64,000 nt of DNA, taken from the IMG/VR virus record IMGVR_UViG_3300048587_001176. One strand, written 5' to 3'. Position numbers and translations under genes: made by a program. The DNA comes from an uncultured virus (IMG/VR IMGVR_UViG_3300048587_001176). Taxonomy: Duplodnaviria; Heunggongvirae; Uroviricota; Caudoviricetes. The notes beneath the pieces are model-generated. The model had not been told where the DNA came from. It saw only the letters and a list, made by a program, of their open reading frames with translations, and did not search any database. This document shows, one piece after another, positions 8,703 to 17,829 of this stretch (positions are counted from its first letter, which is position 1; each line of letters begins with the position of its first letter).

Positions 8703-9353
8703 TCAGAACGGGCGAAGGCTGTTTGCCACTTCGCCGAGCACCCGGTAGTCGCCCTCAAGCGGCTTGGGTGCATCGCCCGCGCTCTGGGGGCGAATCATCA
8801 GTTGCCACTGGCCGTCTTCGCCCCGGGTGCATGACACCAACGTCAACTGGCGAAGCGTCCCCAACGCGCCTCCGTCACTAGTCCGTTCGACGACACCAAG
8901 GCGGTTGTGGTCGATGTCATCAGACTGCCGGCAGATGAGAAAATCGCCTTCGTGCAGGCCGTCCGCGGAGTATTCCGTTGGCACTCGAACGGCAAACCAG
9001 ACCTCGTCACGACGCCCGGCAAGCATTGCGATCTCAAGCTGGCCGTCGCCCCCCTCGTTTAGGTCGATCGGGTCGGCCTCGGCCCAGTGTTTCAGGTCGA
9101 TTGCCCCGATGATTGGGGTGCCAACCATCGCTCGCTGTGGCTGATCCAGCTCCCCGCGGCCCTGCAGCAGCCAGTCCAGGGTCACCCCGAAGTATTTGGC
9201 GTACCGCATCGCGTCCTCTGCGGCGAAGGCACGGTGGCCGTTCTCGTGGCCCAGGTATGTCGACACCGTAACGCCTAATGCGCGCGCCGCATCAGATGCC
9301 GATGTGAAGCCCGCTCGGACGCGTGCGTCCCTAAGTCTCTGAGCCGGTTCCAT
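8703..9353 (-). CDS. cI: CI-like repressor (XRE HTH plus degenerate S24-like domain)
   Basis: RLRDARVRAGF...AARALGV..STYLGHENG...YFGVTLDWLLQG; divergent from a Cro-like gene; start MEPAQ at 9353. Confidence 0.85.
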   Translation of the reverse strand: MEPAQRLRDARVRAGFTSASDAARALGVTVSTYLGHENGHRAFAAEDAMRYAKYFGVTLDWLLQGRGELDQPQRAMVGTPIIGAIDLKHWAEADPIDLNEGGDGQLEIAMLAGRRDEVWFAVRVPTEYSADGLHEGDFLICRQSDDIDHNRLGVVERTSDGGALGTLRQLTLVSCTRGEDGQWQLMIRPQSAGDAPKPLEGDYRVLGEVANSLRPF

Positions 9354-9397
9354 TTTTGTCCCCAAATTCTTACGGCTTGCGTTTAGCACAGCGCTTA

Positions 9398-9438
9398 ATG
9401 CTGTGGGCATTGACTAACATTTATGCGTAGTGCATTGC
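9398..9438 (+). promoter_or_regulatory. OR/PR region: two operators flanking a TTGACT -35
   Basis: ATGC-tgtgg-GCAT (9398-9410), TTGACT (9410-9415), ATGC-gtagt-GCAT (9423-9435). Confidence 0.7.
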
Positions 9439-9470
9439 TTGATGCCGATCCGACAATTGGAGAGATCGCG

Positions 9471-9725
9471 TTGACTACCGAAACCGACGAAGAACTGAGC
9501 TTCGGCGCAAAGATCCAGGCCGCCCGCAAGGAGCTGGGCTGGAGCCAGGCACGGCTCGCTGAACATCTGGGCATGGTGCAGGCCACCGTTTCCCGCGCCG
9601 AGGGGGATGAACCCCGCTCGACGCTGGTGACCCGTTCCCTCGAACGCTTCGTGGCGGACGTCGCATCCAAGACCCTCACCCCTGACCAGCCGCAGGACGA
9701 AGCGGCCAACACGACCGCCGCCTGA
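9471..9725 (+). CDS. cro: Cro-like XRE HTH regulator
   Basis: IQAARKELGWSQARLAEHLGMVQATVSRAE; TTG start after GGAGAG. Confidence 0.8.
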   Translation: MTTETDEELSFGAKIQAARKELGWSQARLAEHLGMVQATVSRAEGDEPRSTLVTRSLERFVADVASKTLTPDQPQDEAANTTAA

Positions 9726-9781
9726 CGCCGAGGGTTCTCCCACGGCGCCACGCGGCAAATCTTCCCTGAACACTGGAGATT

Positions 9782-10171
9782 TTGCCGGACATGAGCACGG
9801 ACGCGTTCACCGACGAAATCGACGACCTGGCGGCGGCAACCGGGTGGGTCGAACAACTGGAAAGCAGGTTCAAGCTGAAGGGGCTCTCGAAGCCGCAGGC
9901 TTGGCAGAAGATCGCGGAGGCTGACCGGCGGCGGCTCACCCTCGGCGTCATCGAAGGCATCTCACGCCGGCGCGTCAAAGACGTGTCGACCCGGGTGTTC
10001 CGCGCTTTGAACGACCTCGTCGTCTCGGAGCTTTCAAACGAAATCAAGGGATTAGAGCGTGACCTTGAAGAGGCTAGGCGAGCTGCTCTGCGCGTGGATC
10101 CGCGCACGATCAGCACGGCGGAAGTTGCGCTCCGCGATGCGCGGCAAGCGCTCAAACAATCACTGAACTGA
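9782..10171 (+). CDS. hypothetical regulator (CII position)
   Basis: ORF after cro with GGAGA RBS; helical, basic. Confidence 0.55.
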   Translation: MPDMSTDAFTDEIDDLAAATGWVEQLESRFKLKGLSKPQAWQKIAEADRRRLTLGVIEGISRRRVKDVSTRVFRALNDLVVSELSNEIKGLERDLEEARRAALRVDPRTISTAEVALRDARQALKQSLN

Positions 10172-10179
10172 GGCCCGGC

Positions 10180-10584
10180 ATGAGCAACATGTACGACGAA
10201 GACCAGGTCCGCTCCTACATCGAGCAGATCGAAGCCCTCCGCGGCGAGGTCGCGACCAGCAAGTCCAACCACATGACCTTCGCCCGGAAGAAGGGCGACG
10301 AGGAGAAGGAGGTCTTCGACGATGCGAAGGCCAACGGCATCCCTCGCAAGGTGCTCGCCAAGCTGCTGAAGCGGCGCGAGCTCGAGGACAAGATCGACAA
10401 GCTCGATGACGAGATCGACGAGGATCACAAGCCCCTCTTCGTGAGCCTCACCGAGAAGTTCGCCGCCTACAAGCACCCCGTCCAGACGGACATGTTCGAC
10501 GACGGCGAGGAAGCGGATGAGGGCGGCGAAGAGCCGTTCGACCCCGACTTTGTCCCGCCGGCCGAGGGCGACCAGGTCCACTGA
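10180..10584 (+). CDS. GapR/DUF2312-like DNA-binding protein
   Basis: VRSYIEQIEAL...KEVFDDAKANGIPRKVLAKLLKRR; acidic tail. Confidence 0.7.
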   Translation: MSNMYDEDQVRSYIEQIEALRGEVATSKSNHMTFARKKGDEEKEVFDDAKANGIPRKVLAKLLKRRELEDKIDKLDDEIDEDHKPLFVSLTEKFAAYKHPVQTDMFDDGEEADEGGEEPFDPDFVPPAEGDQVH

Positions 10585-10585
10585 C

Positions 10586-11140
10586 ATGCGTCTCCTCGCC
10601 ATCGACGCAGCCTCCAAGTTCGGCTGGGCCTTCGGTGAGACCAGCGGCATGCCCATCAGTGGGCATGGCCGCTTCGCCAAAGAGGGCGCCGACAGCGAGC
10701 TCTATTACGTCGGCGCCTGGAACTGGATGCACAAGTTCATCCACGAGCACCGGCCTGAAGCCATCGTGATCGAGGCCACTATCCCAATGATGGGCCGAAC
10801 CACGCTGGCAACGACCAAGAGGCTCCACGGCATCCAGGCCTGCCTCCGCTGCAACGCCTACCAGAACCACGTCTTCCGGCAGGACGACGCCACCCCGGAT
10901 CAGGTCCGGGCGTATTTCACGCCGCTGCCGCCCAAGAAGAAGGGCGAGAAGCGGCCGCGCCTCGACAGCGAGCAGAAGAAGCTCCTCGTCCGGCGGCGCT
11001 GCATTGAGCTGGGGTTTGTCACCGACGACGTGACCAGCCTCGACCAAACCGACGCCCTCGCCGTCTGGGCCTGGGGCGTCAACCGTTACGATCCGGAGAG
11101 CGCCAAGCGCTTCCTCCCACTCTTCCAAGAGGCTGCATAA
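10586..11140 (+). CDS. RuvC-like Holliday junction resolvase
   Basis: LLAIDAASKFGWA, IVIEA, DQTDALAVW catalytic pattern. Confidence 0.75.
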   Translation: MRLLAIDAASKFGWAFGETSGMPISGHGRFAKEGADSELYYVGAWNWMHKFIHEHRPEAIVIEATIPMMGRTTLATTKRLHGIQACLRCNAYQNHVFRQDDATPDQVRAYFTPLPPKKKGEKRPRLDSEQKKLLVRRRCIELGFVTDDVTSLDQTDALAVWAWGVNRYDPESAKRFLPLFQEAA

Positions 11141-11620
11141 ATGGCTGGACACATGAACCGGGTGACGCTGATCGGCAACCTGGGGAACGACCCGGAGGTC
11201 CGCAACCTCCCCAACGGCGGCAAGGTGGTGGGCATCCGCCTCGCGACCACCGAGAGCTGGCGCGACAAGCAGACCGGCGAGCGGCGGGACGCCACCGAGT
11301 GGCACAACATCTCGATCTTCAACGAGGGGATCGGGAAGGTCGCCGAGCAGTACCTGAAGAAGGGCTCCAAGGTGATGGTCGAGGGGCAGCTGAAGACCCG
11401 CAAGTGGCAGGATCAGAACGGCAACGACCGCTACTCCACCGAGATCCACCTCGGCAACTTCGGCGCGCAGATGATCCTGCTCGGCGACAAGAGCGAAGGG
11501 GACGGCGGCGCTCCGCGTTCGTCGTCCGGCAACGGCGGCCAGCAGCAGTCCCGTCCGCCGCAGCGCTCTTCGCAGCCGGCTTTCGAGACTGGCGGCATGG
11601 ACGATGACATTCCGTTCTGA
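11141..11620 (+). CDS. ssb: single-stranded DNA-binding protein
   Basis: [16 protein letters not shown]...TEWH...[19 protein letters not shown]-terminal DDDIPF. Confidence 0.97.
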   Translation: MAGHMNRVTLIGNLGNDPEVRNLPNGGKVVGIRLATTESWRDKQTGERRDATEWHNISIFNEGIGKVAEQYLKKGSKVMVEGQLKTRKWQDQNGNDRYSTEIHLGNFGAQMILLGDKSEGDGGAPRSSSGNGGQQQSRPPQRSSQPAFETGGMDDDIPF

Positions 11621-11837
11621 GCTGCCGGTTGGCCGGAAAACCACCGCCCATCTGAACCTGAAGTTCTCCATCGCTGACATGGACCGCATCGAGAGCATGG
11701 CTCGACGGAAGATGTCCCTGGAGAACATGGCCTGGGAGCTCGCTGCATCCGGGTTGCACGTCGAGCAGGCGGAGTTGGCCCGCCTGCTCCGGAACAACGG
11801 TTTCACATATTTCGGACTGGCCGGCTGGGGCGAATAG
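11604..11837 (+). CDS. hypothetical protein
   Basis: 77-aa ORF overlapping the ssb end. Confidence 0.55.
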   Translation: MTFRSELPVGRKTTAHLNLKFSIADMDRIESMARRKMSLENMAWELAASGLHVEQAELARLLRNNGFTYFGLAGWGE

Positions 11838-11866
11838 CCCGGCCGAGCCGGGGCTAAGGGGCCACA

Positions 11867-12325
11867 ATGACGAAGAAGGGGCGCGCTCTCTCGGAGAGCG
11901 TGACGGTCGCGCGGTTGAAGCTGCTGACCAAGCTCAAAGACAAGGGGGCGCAGAAGTTCTCGCCCCGCTACACACCGCTGCGCTGGGCATTCGAGCGCGG
12001 CCTGGTTCGCCAGCAGGGCGACCTGTACGTCCTCACACCGGAGGGCAGCGCCAAGCTCTCGTACCACCACATGGACGCCGGCCTGAAGAAGGCCATTCGG
12101 GTGCTGCCGGCCCTTGCCGGCAAGACCCTGGTGCGCACGGCCAGCGACGCCGAGGAGGCGGTCAACGTAGGCGGCGGCTACCTCTACCACACGGAGCCCG
12201 ATCACAAGCCGTTCCCGCCGGGGGCAGCGCGAACGTTGATCGCCAACGGCCTCCTGGTGGGCCGGAAAGACGGCCTGCTCGATGGCATCGCGCAGACCTT
12301 CCGCCTCCCCAGTGCGGGGGTGTAA
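11867..12325 (+). CDS. hypothetical protein
   Basis: 152-aa ORF in the operon. Confidence 0.65.
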   Translation: MTKKGRALSESVTVARLKLLTKLKDKGAQKFSPRYTPLRWAFERGLVRQQGDLYVLTPEGSAKLSYHHMDAGLKKAIRVLPALAGKTLVRTASDAEEAVNVGGGYLYHTEPDHKPFPPGAARTLIANGLLVGRKDGLLDGIAQTFRLPSAGV

Positions 12326-12327
12326 CC

Positions 12328-12912
12328 GTGGCCGAGACCAAGAAGAAGAACGCCCACGTCTGGGAGCGCGCGGCCAACGACTGGTACGTCGAGCCGTCCT
12401 GGGTCTGGGAGCGGTTCTATGCCCGGGAGCGGTTCGAAGGGGTGATCCGCGACCCCAGCGCCGGCATGGGCAACGGCGTCGTGGCCGCCCGCGCGGCCGG
12501 CTACACGGTCGAGGCTCGCGACCTGATCGCGCGCTTCCCCATCATCGAGCGCGAAGAGGACTTCCTGCAGTCGACCGACGAAGTCGACAACATCTGCACC
12601 AACCCGCCGTTCGGCCTGTGCAATGTCGCGCCTTACCCGTACCTAACCCAGGCGCTGAAACTTGCCCGGCGCAAGGTGGCGCTCGTGATGCAGGCGAGCT
12701 GGACGTTCGGCGAAGATCGCAGCATCGACCTCGAGAAGCTGCCGCTCTACCGCATCTATCACATCACCCCGAAGCCCCCGATGCCGCCCGGGGAGATGAT
12801 CCTCGCAGGCCATAAGCCGAACTCCGGCCAGGTCGACTACGTCATCGCCGTGTTCCTCAAGGGATATGAGGGCGAGCCGACCCACCGCTGGCTGAGGAAG
12901 AACAAGCCATGA
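12328..12912 (+). CDS. orphan amino-DNA methyltransferase (probably N6-adenine)
   Basis: DWYVEP, DPSAGMG SAM motif, TNPPF catalytic motif. Confidence 0.8.
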   Translation: MAETKKKNAHVWERAANDWYVEPSWVWERFYARERFEGVIRDPSAGMGNGVVAARAAGYTVEARDLIARFPIIEREEDFLQSTDEVDNICTNPPFGLCNVAPYPYLTQALKLARRKVALVMQASWTFGEDRSIDLEKLPLYRIYHITPKPPMPPGEMILAGHKPNSGQVDYVIAVFLKGYEGEPTHRWLRKNKP

Positions 12913-13223
12913 GCGGCCGGGTCCATCCGACTACCCTGATGGTCCTCTATATGGAGGGGCATCTTCACCACCTGCGCGAGCGCATGAAGGCGCACCACGA
13001 GCACCAGGCAGAGCTTGGACCGCCGACGCGGACCGACCTCGAGGAGCTGGAGACCGTCAAGTCGATCGCCACGAGCCTGCAGTGGATCTCCCGCGACCCG
13101 GAGGGCTTCAAAGCCTTCTGCGTGCGGCTGTCCAAGAAGTGGGGGCCGCTCAATCCCCCGAAGAGGGCGAAACCCGAGCCGGACGACGACCAGGCGCCGC
13201 CTCCGACGGAGGCCGCTTCGTGA
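12909..13223 (+). CDS. hypothetical protein
   Basis: 104-aa coupled ORF. Confidence 0.6.
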   Translation: MSGRVHPTTLMVLYMEGHLHHLRERMKAHHEHQAELGPPTRTDLEELETVKSIATSLQWISRDPEGFKAFCVRLSKKWGPLNPPKRAKPEPDDDQAPPPTEAAS

Positions 13224-15322
13224 GCGAGATCAATTTCGGCGCCATGATGGAAGGTGTCGCCCGCGAGCTGTGGGGCGACCACAATCCGAAGATGTCGACG
13301 CCCAAGAAGGAGCTCCGCTACGGCGAGAGCGGTGCGCGCTCGGTCGACCTGGAGAAGGGTGTCTGGCAGGATCACCGCGACAAGACCGGCGGCGGCGTGC
13401 TGCACCTGATCAAGAAGGAGCTCGGTCTGGAAGGGCAGGAGGCCTTCGACTGGCTGAAGGCCAAGGGCTTCCCGATCCCCGAGCGCCAGCAGCGCTTCGT
13501 CCAGAGCCGCAATGACCTTGGCGAGCTCGTAGCGCAGTTCCCGTACCGGGACGAGCAGGGCAACGTGCTCTACGAGGTCTGCCGCTTCGAGAACGGCGAG
13601 CTCGACCGCGAGAGCGGCAAGCGCAAGAAGACCTTCCGCCAGCGTAGGCACGAGCCGAACCACCCCGAGGCCAAGGGCGGCGGGTTTGTTTGGCACCTGA
13701 AGGACATCCGGCGCGTGCTCTATCGCCTGCCGGAGGTGCTCGCCGCCATCGAGCGCGGCGAGCCGATCGTCCTCGTCGAGGGCGAGAAGGCAGTGAAGGC
13801 CGCGGTGTCGATCGGCCTCGAAGCCACCACCAACGCGATGGGCGCCGGCAAGTGGGAAGACAGCTTCACCGAGTCGCTGCGCGGCGCCGACGTGATCATC
13901 TGCGGCGACAACGATGAAGCGGGGCGCAACCATGTGCAGCTCCAGGCTTCCTCACTCCGCGGCATCGCCAAGCGGGTGCGCGTGGTCGCGCTCCCGCTGA
14001 GGAGCGAGAAGGACGACATCCACGAGTGGGTGGGGCAGGGCGGCACCAAGGAGGCCTTCCTCGCCATCGCCGACGCGACACCGGAGTGGCGGCCCGCAGC
14101 GCCAGTATCTCGCTTCAACGCGGTCGAGTGGTCGCACATGGACGAGGGCGGGAAGGAGTTCGAGTACCGGATCAAGGGGCTGCTGGCGAAGTACGGCGTC
14201 GCCATGATCGGTGGCGAGTCGGGTTCGGGGAAGTCGTTCATCGCCGGCGACATGGGCTTCGCGATCGCGCGTGGCGTACCCTATGCCGGCCGCAAGACCG
14301 AGAAGGGCCTGGTGCTCTATCAGGCAGGCGAGGGCGGCGTCGGCTTCAAGAAGCGCATGCGTGCGTACCGTCGGGAGCACGAGATCACCGAGGAGCTGCC
14401 GTTCGTTCTGCTGCCCGGCGAGCTCGACCTGCACAACAGCGACGACCACACCAACAGCTTCATCGCCGAGTGCAAGGCCTGGGCGGTCTTCTACGGGATC
14501 CCGATCGGGGCGATCTTCATCGACACCTTCGCCACCGCCACGCCGGGCGCGAACGAGAACGATGGCGGCGAGGTCAGCAAGATCTTGGCGCGCGCCGCCC
14601 GCATCGCCGCCGAGTGCGACACCCTCGTGGTGATCGTCCATCACATGAACGCCGATGGGAAGAAGCTGCGCGGGCACACCTCGATCCGCGCCAACGTCGA
14701 CAACGTCCTGCTGGTCTCGAAGCTCGACATCAAGGACGCCAACGGCCGCTGGCAGCGCAAGGTGGAGCTGGTCAAGAACAAGGACGGTGAGGACGGCTTC
14801 AGCTGGCACTTCGTGCTCAAGCAGGTCGATTTCGGCGTCGATACCGATGGCGACAAGATCACGTCATGCGTGGTGGCAGAGGTCGCCAAGGGCGGGGTCG
14901 AGCAGCAGGCCGCCCAGCGGCTGCGCATGACCCCCAACGACGAACTCTTCTACCGCTGCCTCAAGACGGCCCTGCAGAACGCGGGCCAGGACGCGCCGGC
15001 CGAGCTCTCGTCTCGTGGCATCAAGCGGGTCGTGGACACCAAGGCGGTGCGCGCAGAGGTCAACCGAAAGTGGACCCATACCGACGATCAGGACGCATCG
15101 GAAGAAGACAACCGCCGCCGCCGCAACGAGGCGATCAACAAGGCGCTGCAGCGGTCGGGCGACCGCCTGATGAAGCTCGGCATGATCGACCGCGACTACG
15201 AGCTCGGCGTCATGTGGGACTTGGGTCTGCCGCGGTGGGCCACCAAGGCGGAGCGGGTGTCAGAGGACGCCCAGGGAGAGCCGACGAACGAAGATGGACA
15301 GGAGATTGACCTTGGCTGGTAA
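13220..15322 (+). CDS. TOPRIM primase-RepA/AAA_25 helicase fusion
   Basis: VLVEGEK, GDNDEAG (TOPRIM); GESGSGKS, IFIDT, IVHH, RGHTS (SF4/RepA); GTG start overlaps the upstream stop. Confidence 0.9.
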   Translation: MSEINFGAMMEGVARELWGDHNPKMSTPKKELRYGESGARSVDLEKGVWQDHRDKTGGGVLHLIKKELGLEGQEAFDWLKAKGFPIPERQQRFVQSRNDLGELVAQFPYRDEQGNVLYEVCRFENGELDRESGKRKKTFRQRRHEPNHPEAKGGGFVWHLKDIRRVLYRLPEVLAAIERGEPIVLVEGEKAVKAAVSIGLEATTNAMGAGKWEDSFTESLRGADVIICGDNDEAGRNHVQLQASSLRGIAKRVRVVALPLRSEKDDIHEWVGQGGTKEAFLAIADATPEWRPAAPVSRFNAVEWSHMDEGGKEFEYRIKGLLAKYGVAMIGGESGSGKSFIAGDMGFAIARGVPYAGRKTEKGLVLYQAGEGGVGFKKRMRAYRREHEITEELPFVLLPGELDLHNSDDHTNSFIAECKAWAVFYGIPIGAIFIDTFATATPGANENDGGEVSKILARAARIAAECDTLVVIVHHMNADGKKLRGHTSIRANVDNVLLVSKLDIKDANGRWQRKVELVKNKDGEDGFSWHFVLKQVDFGVDTDGDKITSCVVAEVAKGGVEQQAAQRLRMTPNDELFYRCLKTALQNAGQDAPAELSSRGIKRVVDTKAVRAEVNRKWTHTDDQDASEEDNRRRRNEAINKALQRSGDRLMKLGMIDRDYELGVMWDLGLPRWATKAERVSEDAQGEPTNEDGQEIDLGW

Positions 15323-15623
15323 GCCCGAGAAGTACGGCATCACCGCCGTGCCCCACAAGAAGTTCGAGAACCTCTTCGCGTGCAGGATCGCCGTGCCTTT
15401 CGAGGGGGTCTTCTGGGTGGTCGACGCAGCGAACAACGTCGATGTGTTCGCAACTCGGGACGAGGCGATGGCGGCGGGCGCCCGGGCCTTGCTTCCGATC
15501 CTGAACCGTAGGATTAACTTCCCAGCGAAGCACTGGCCGAAACCAGAGCAGGTCGCAAAGCGCATCACCGAGCACGGGGCCGAGGGCCTTGAGTACGGCT
15601 TCTTCGCCGGGTGCGCTGAATGA
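15294..15623 (+). CDS. hypothetical protein
   Basis: 109-aa ORF overlapping the primase end. Confidence 0.6.
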   Translation: MDRRLTLAGKPEKYGITAVPHKKFENLFACRIAVPFEGVFWVVDAANNVDVFATRDEAMAAGARALLPILNRRINFPAKHWPKPEQVAKRITEHGAEGLEYGFFAGCAE

Positions 15624-15625
15624 GT

Positions 15626-15755
15626 TGTCCGTCAGTTGTCCTAGACGATGTCCTAGAGGCTGACGGCGCGGAACCCCGGTGTGCGCGGGGTTCCGGGGGT
15701 CGAGGGGGCGAACAGGCGTGGGGCCAGGTGTCCGGCAGTTGTCCGGAACTTGTCC
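15626..15755. repeat. candidate replication origin: two helically phased TGTCC triplets around a 10-bp inverted repeat
   Basis: TGTCC at 15626/15637/15649 and 15729/15740/15751; CGGAACCCCG...CGGGGTTCCG at 15669-15695. Confidence 0.5.
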
Positions 15756-15802
15756 GCTCCCTCGAAGGTGCCGGCGGGAGGGCAGCCGGGAATGACGACG
15801 GG

Positions 15803-16093
15803 GTGCACGGGGAAAAGGAAAAGTACCAGGTCTATGTGCTCTGGCTGAAGGGCCACAGCATCAAGACCATCTCCCATTGGACGAAGCTCCGGGAGAAGCA
15901 GATCGCAGGCATCGTGGACCGGGCCCCCTTCAAGGCGCGCTCCGAGATGACCTGGGACGAGCGTCAGGCGGCGCTCAACGACATGCAGCGCATCAGGCTG
16001 AGCAGCGACGGCTCCTCGCTCGACGGTGGTATGTTCGATCGTATCCAGTGGCTGATCTTGCCGCTGCTCACCGGGCAGGTGCGCCGTGGGTAA
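15803..16093 (+). CDS. hypothetical HTH-like protein (start uncertain)
   Basis: YQVYVLWLKGHSIKTISHWTKL; the 5' part of ORF 15620.. overlaps the repeat region and looks non-coding. Confidence 0.55.
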   Translation: MHGEKEKYQVYVLWLKGHSIKTISHWTKLREKQIAGIVDRAPFKARSEMTWDERQAALNDMQRIRLSSDGSSLDGGMFDRIQWLILPLLTGQVRRG

Positions 16094-16775
16094 GAACGAC
16101 ACCATCAAGGATCGCCTGAAGGCGCTTACCGAAGGCCGGGAGGTGGCAGCTGAGCTGCCGCCTCTCACCGGCCGCGAGAGCCACGCTCATCTGAAGGAGC
16201 TCCCGGGCTACGAGGGCAGGGCTGCGCGCACTCGCGCCATTCGCGACAAGGTCCGCACCATGTCGGCGTTCGAGGCAGCCGGCGCGCCGTTCGAGAACCT
16301 GCTGTTCACCGGCAGCCTGATCGTCCCGGGCGAGAAGGAAGACATGGGCTGGCTGCGCGCCGAGGCGGGCTTCCGGTTCCGGCAGGACGTGCAAATGGCC
16401 CAGGTCTCGACCCTCGGCGCGAAGGACTTCGGCAGCGTTGGCGGGGGCTCCGGCAGCCGCTCGATGCTGGCGGACGTGAAGATCTACGCAATGCAGTCGC
16501 TGGGTCGCCTTCGCGACGCCATGCCGAAGGGGCGCTATCAGCTCCTCGAGGCCTTCCTGATCAACGACCAGTGGCTGCTCGAGCTGCCGCGCCGGCGCAA
16601 GAAGATGACCAAGCACGAACGGCAAACCGCGGAGCGCAGGCACCGCAAGGAGATGCTCGACCAGGTGCTCTGCGCACTCGACACCGCCGCCGTCCACTAC
16701 GACCTGCTGCGCTACCCGACCTTCCGGGAGCGCTGGCCCGGCGCGCGCTACGGCCGCACCCGGAACGAGGAATAA
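16086..16775 (+). CDS. putative late-gene regulator (Q position)
   Basis: 229 aa; LCALDTAAVHYDL-type C-terminus; near the end of the replication operon. Confidence 0.45.
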   Translation: MGKNDTIKDRLKALTEGREVAAELPPLTGRESHAHLKELPGYEGRAARTRAIRDKVRTMSAFEAAGAPFENLLFTGSLIVPGEKEDMGWLRAEAGFRFRQDVQMAQVSTLGAKDFGSVGGGSGSRSMLADVKIYAMQSLGRLRDAMPKGRYQLLEAFLINDQWLLELPRRRKKMTKHERQTAERRHRKEMLDQVLCALDTAAVHYDLLRYPTFRERWPGARYGRTRNEE

Positions 16776-16779
16776 CCCG

Positions 16780-17340
16780 ATGAATATGACGTTCACCGAG
16801 AAGCAGCTCGACGAGGCGCCGCCCGCAGGCCGTGTCGGCGACTGGATCCGCACTTTCACCGGGCGGCAGTTCTGGCCCCTCGACGCTCGGGTCGACGAGA
16901 TCGACATCCGAGACATCGCGCATGCCCTGTCGATGCTGTGCCGCTATGGCGGGCACTGCGTCCGGTTCTATTCGGTGGCGGAGCACTGCGTCCTCATGGC
17001 GCGCGCCCTGCCGGCACAGTTCCGGTACGCCGCGCTGATGCATGATGCGGCCGAGGGCTACCTCATCGACCTGCCGAGGCCGATTAAGCGCTGCATGCCG
17101 GAGTACGCGAAATACGAGGCGCCGCTGCTCGCCAATATCTTCGAGCGCTACAGGGTGCCGGAGATGCCCTCGGCGGTGCTGGCTGCAGACAGCCGCATCC
17201 TCGTCGACGAGCAGAACCAGAACATGAATGGGTGGGTCACCGGGACAGACGGGCTGATGCCCCTGGGGGTGACGCTGCAGTATTGGACGCCGGAAGTGGC
17301 GGAGCAGAAGTTCCTCGACGCCTTCCTGGCGTACAGGTGA
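16780..17340 (+). CDS. HD-domain phosphohydrolase (YfbR/YfdR-like 5'-deoxynucleotidase)
   Basis: DIAHALSMLCRYGGH..FYSVAEH...ALMHDAAEGY..DLPRPIK. Confidence 0.9.
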   Translation: MNMTFTEKQLDEAPPAGRVGDWIRTFTGRQFWPLDARVDEIDIRDIAHALSMLCRYGGHCVRFYSVAEHCVLMARALPAQFRYAALMHDAAEGYLIDLPRPIKRCMPEYAKYEAPLLANIFERYRVPEMPSAVLAADSRILVDEQNQNMNGWVTGTDGLMPLGVTLQYWTPEVAEQKFLDAFLAYR

Positions 17341-17583
17341 AGCAAAAAGGGGGAGGCGCTTGGCCTTCCCCTTGATTTTGGTAGGGGCGCCCATTAGTTA
17401 CCAAGCAGTCGGCACTGCCGACCTGCGTATATCGAGGGAAAACTGCGCTCGAAAACGAAGTGCAGACAACCTCAACGGGGCTCGTATCACCGCCGCGGCG
17501 GGTGCGTACAACAGCGTCAGATCAAGAGGCAGAGCCACTGGGGTAAAGGCCAGGGCTTGATCGCGCACTTGCGCAGAAAGAAT

Positions 17584-17703
17584 ATGAGCATGAATATCAG
17601 CGATGTAGCTGATGTGGTGTCTATCGCAGCCGGGGTCGTCGAGACCGTTGTTGGGCTGATCTTTCTCTACCAGATTGCAGTTAGGAAAAGGCGTGACCAT
17701 TGA
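17584..17703 (+). CDS. 39-aa single-TM peptide
   Basis: Hand translation MSMNISDVADVVSIAAGVVETVVGLIFLYQIAVRKRRDH (below ORF-track cutoff). Confidence 0.5.
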   Translation: MSMNISDVADVVSIAAGVVETVVGLIFLYQIAVRKRRDH

Positions 17704-17791
17704 CCGGCGCTTAGCCGCCCTGATCGCACTATGCCTTATCGTCAGCGGCGTGCTGCTGATCGGGAACGGCGTCTCTGGTCTATTGTCGTAG
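17693..17791 (+). CDS. 32-aa single-TM peptide
   Basis: Hand translation MTIDRRLAALIALCLIVSGVLLIGNGVSGLLS; GTG start after AGGA, overlapping the previous ORF. Confidence 0.5.
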   Translation: MTIDRRLAALIALCLIVSGVLLIGNGVSGLLS

Positions 17792-17795
17792 ATAT

Positions 17796-17824
17796 GAGGG
17801 GCGCTGGCTGACCCAGCGCCCCTC
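17796..17824. terminator. hairpin between convergent transcription units
   Basis: GAGGGGCGCTGG-ctgac-CCAGCGCCCCTC. Confidence 0.65.
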
Positions 17825-17829
17825 CCTCA

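Noticed and set aside
16780..17340. DatZ of a 2-aminoadenine (Z-genome) pathway
   Set aside because: No PurZ, MazZ or dedicated polymerase in the window; an ordinary YfdR-like HD hydrolase is the simpler call
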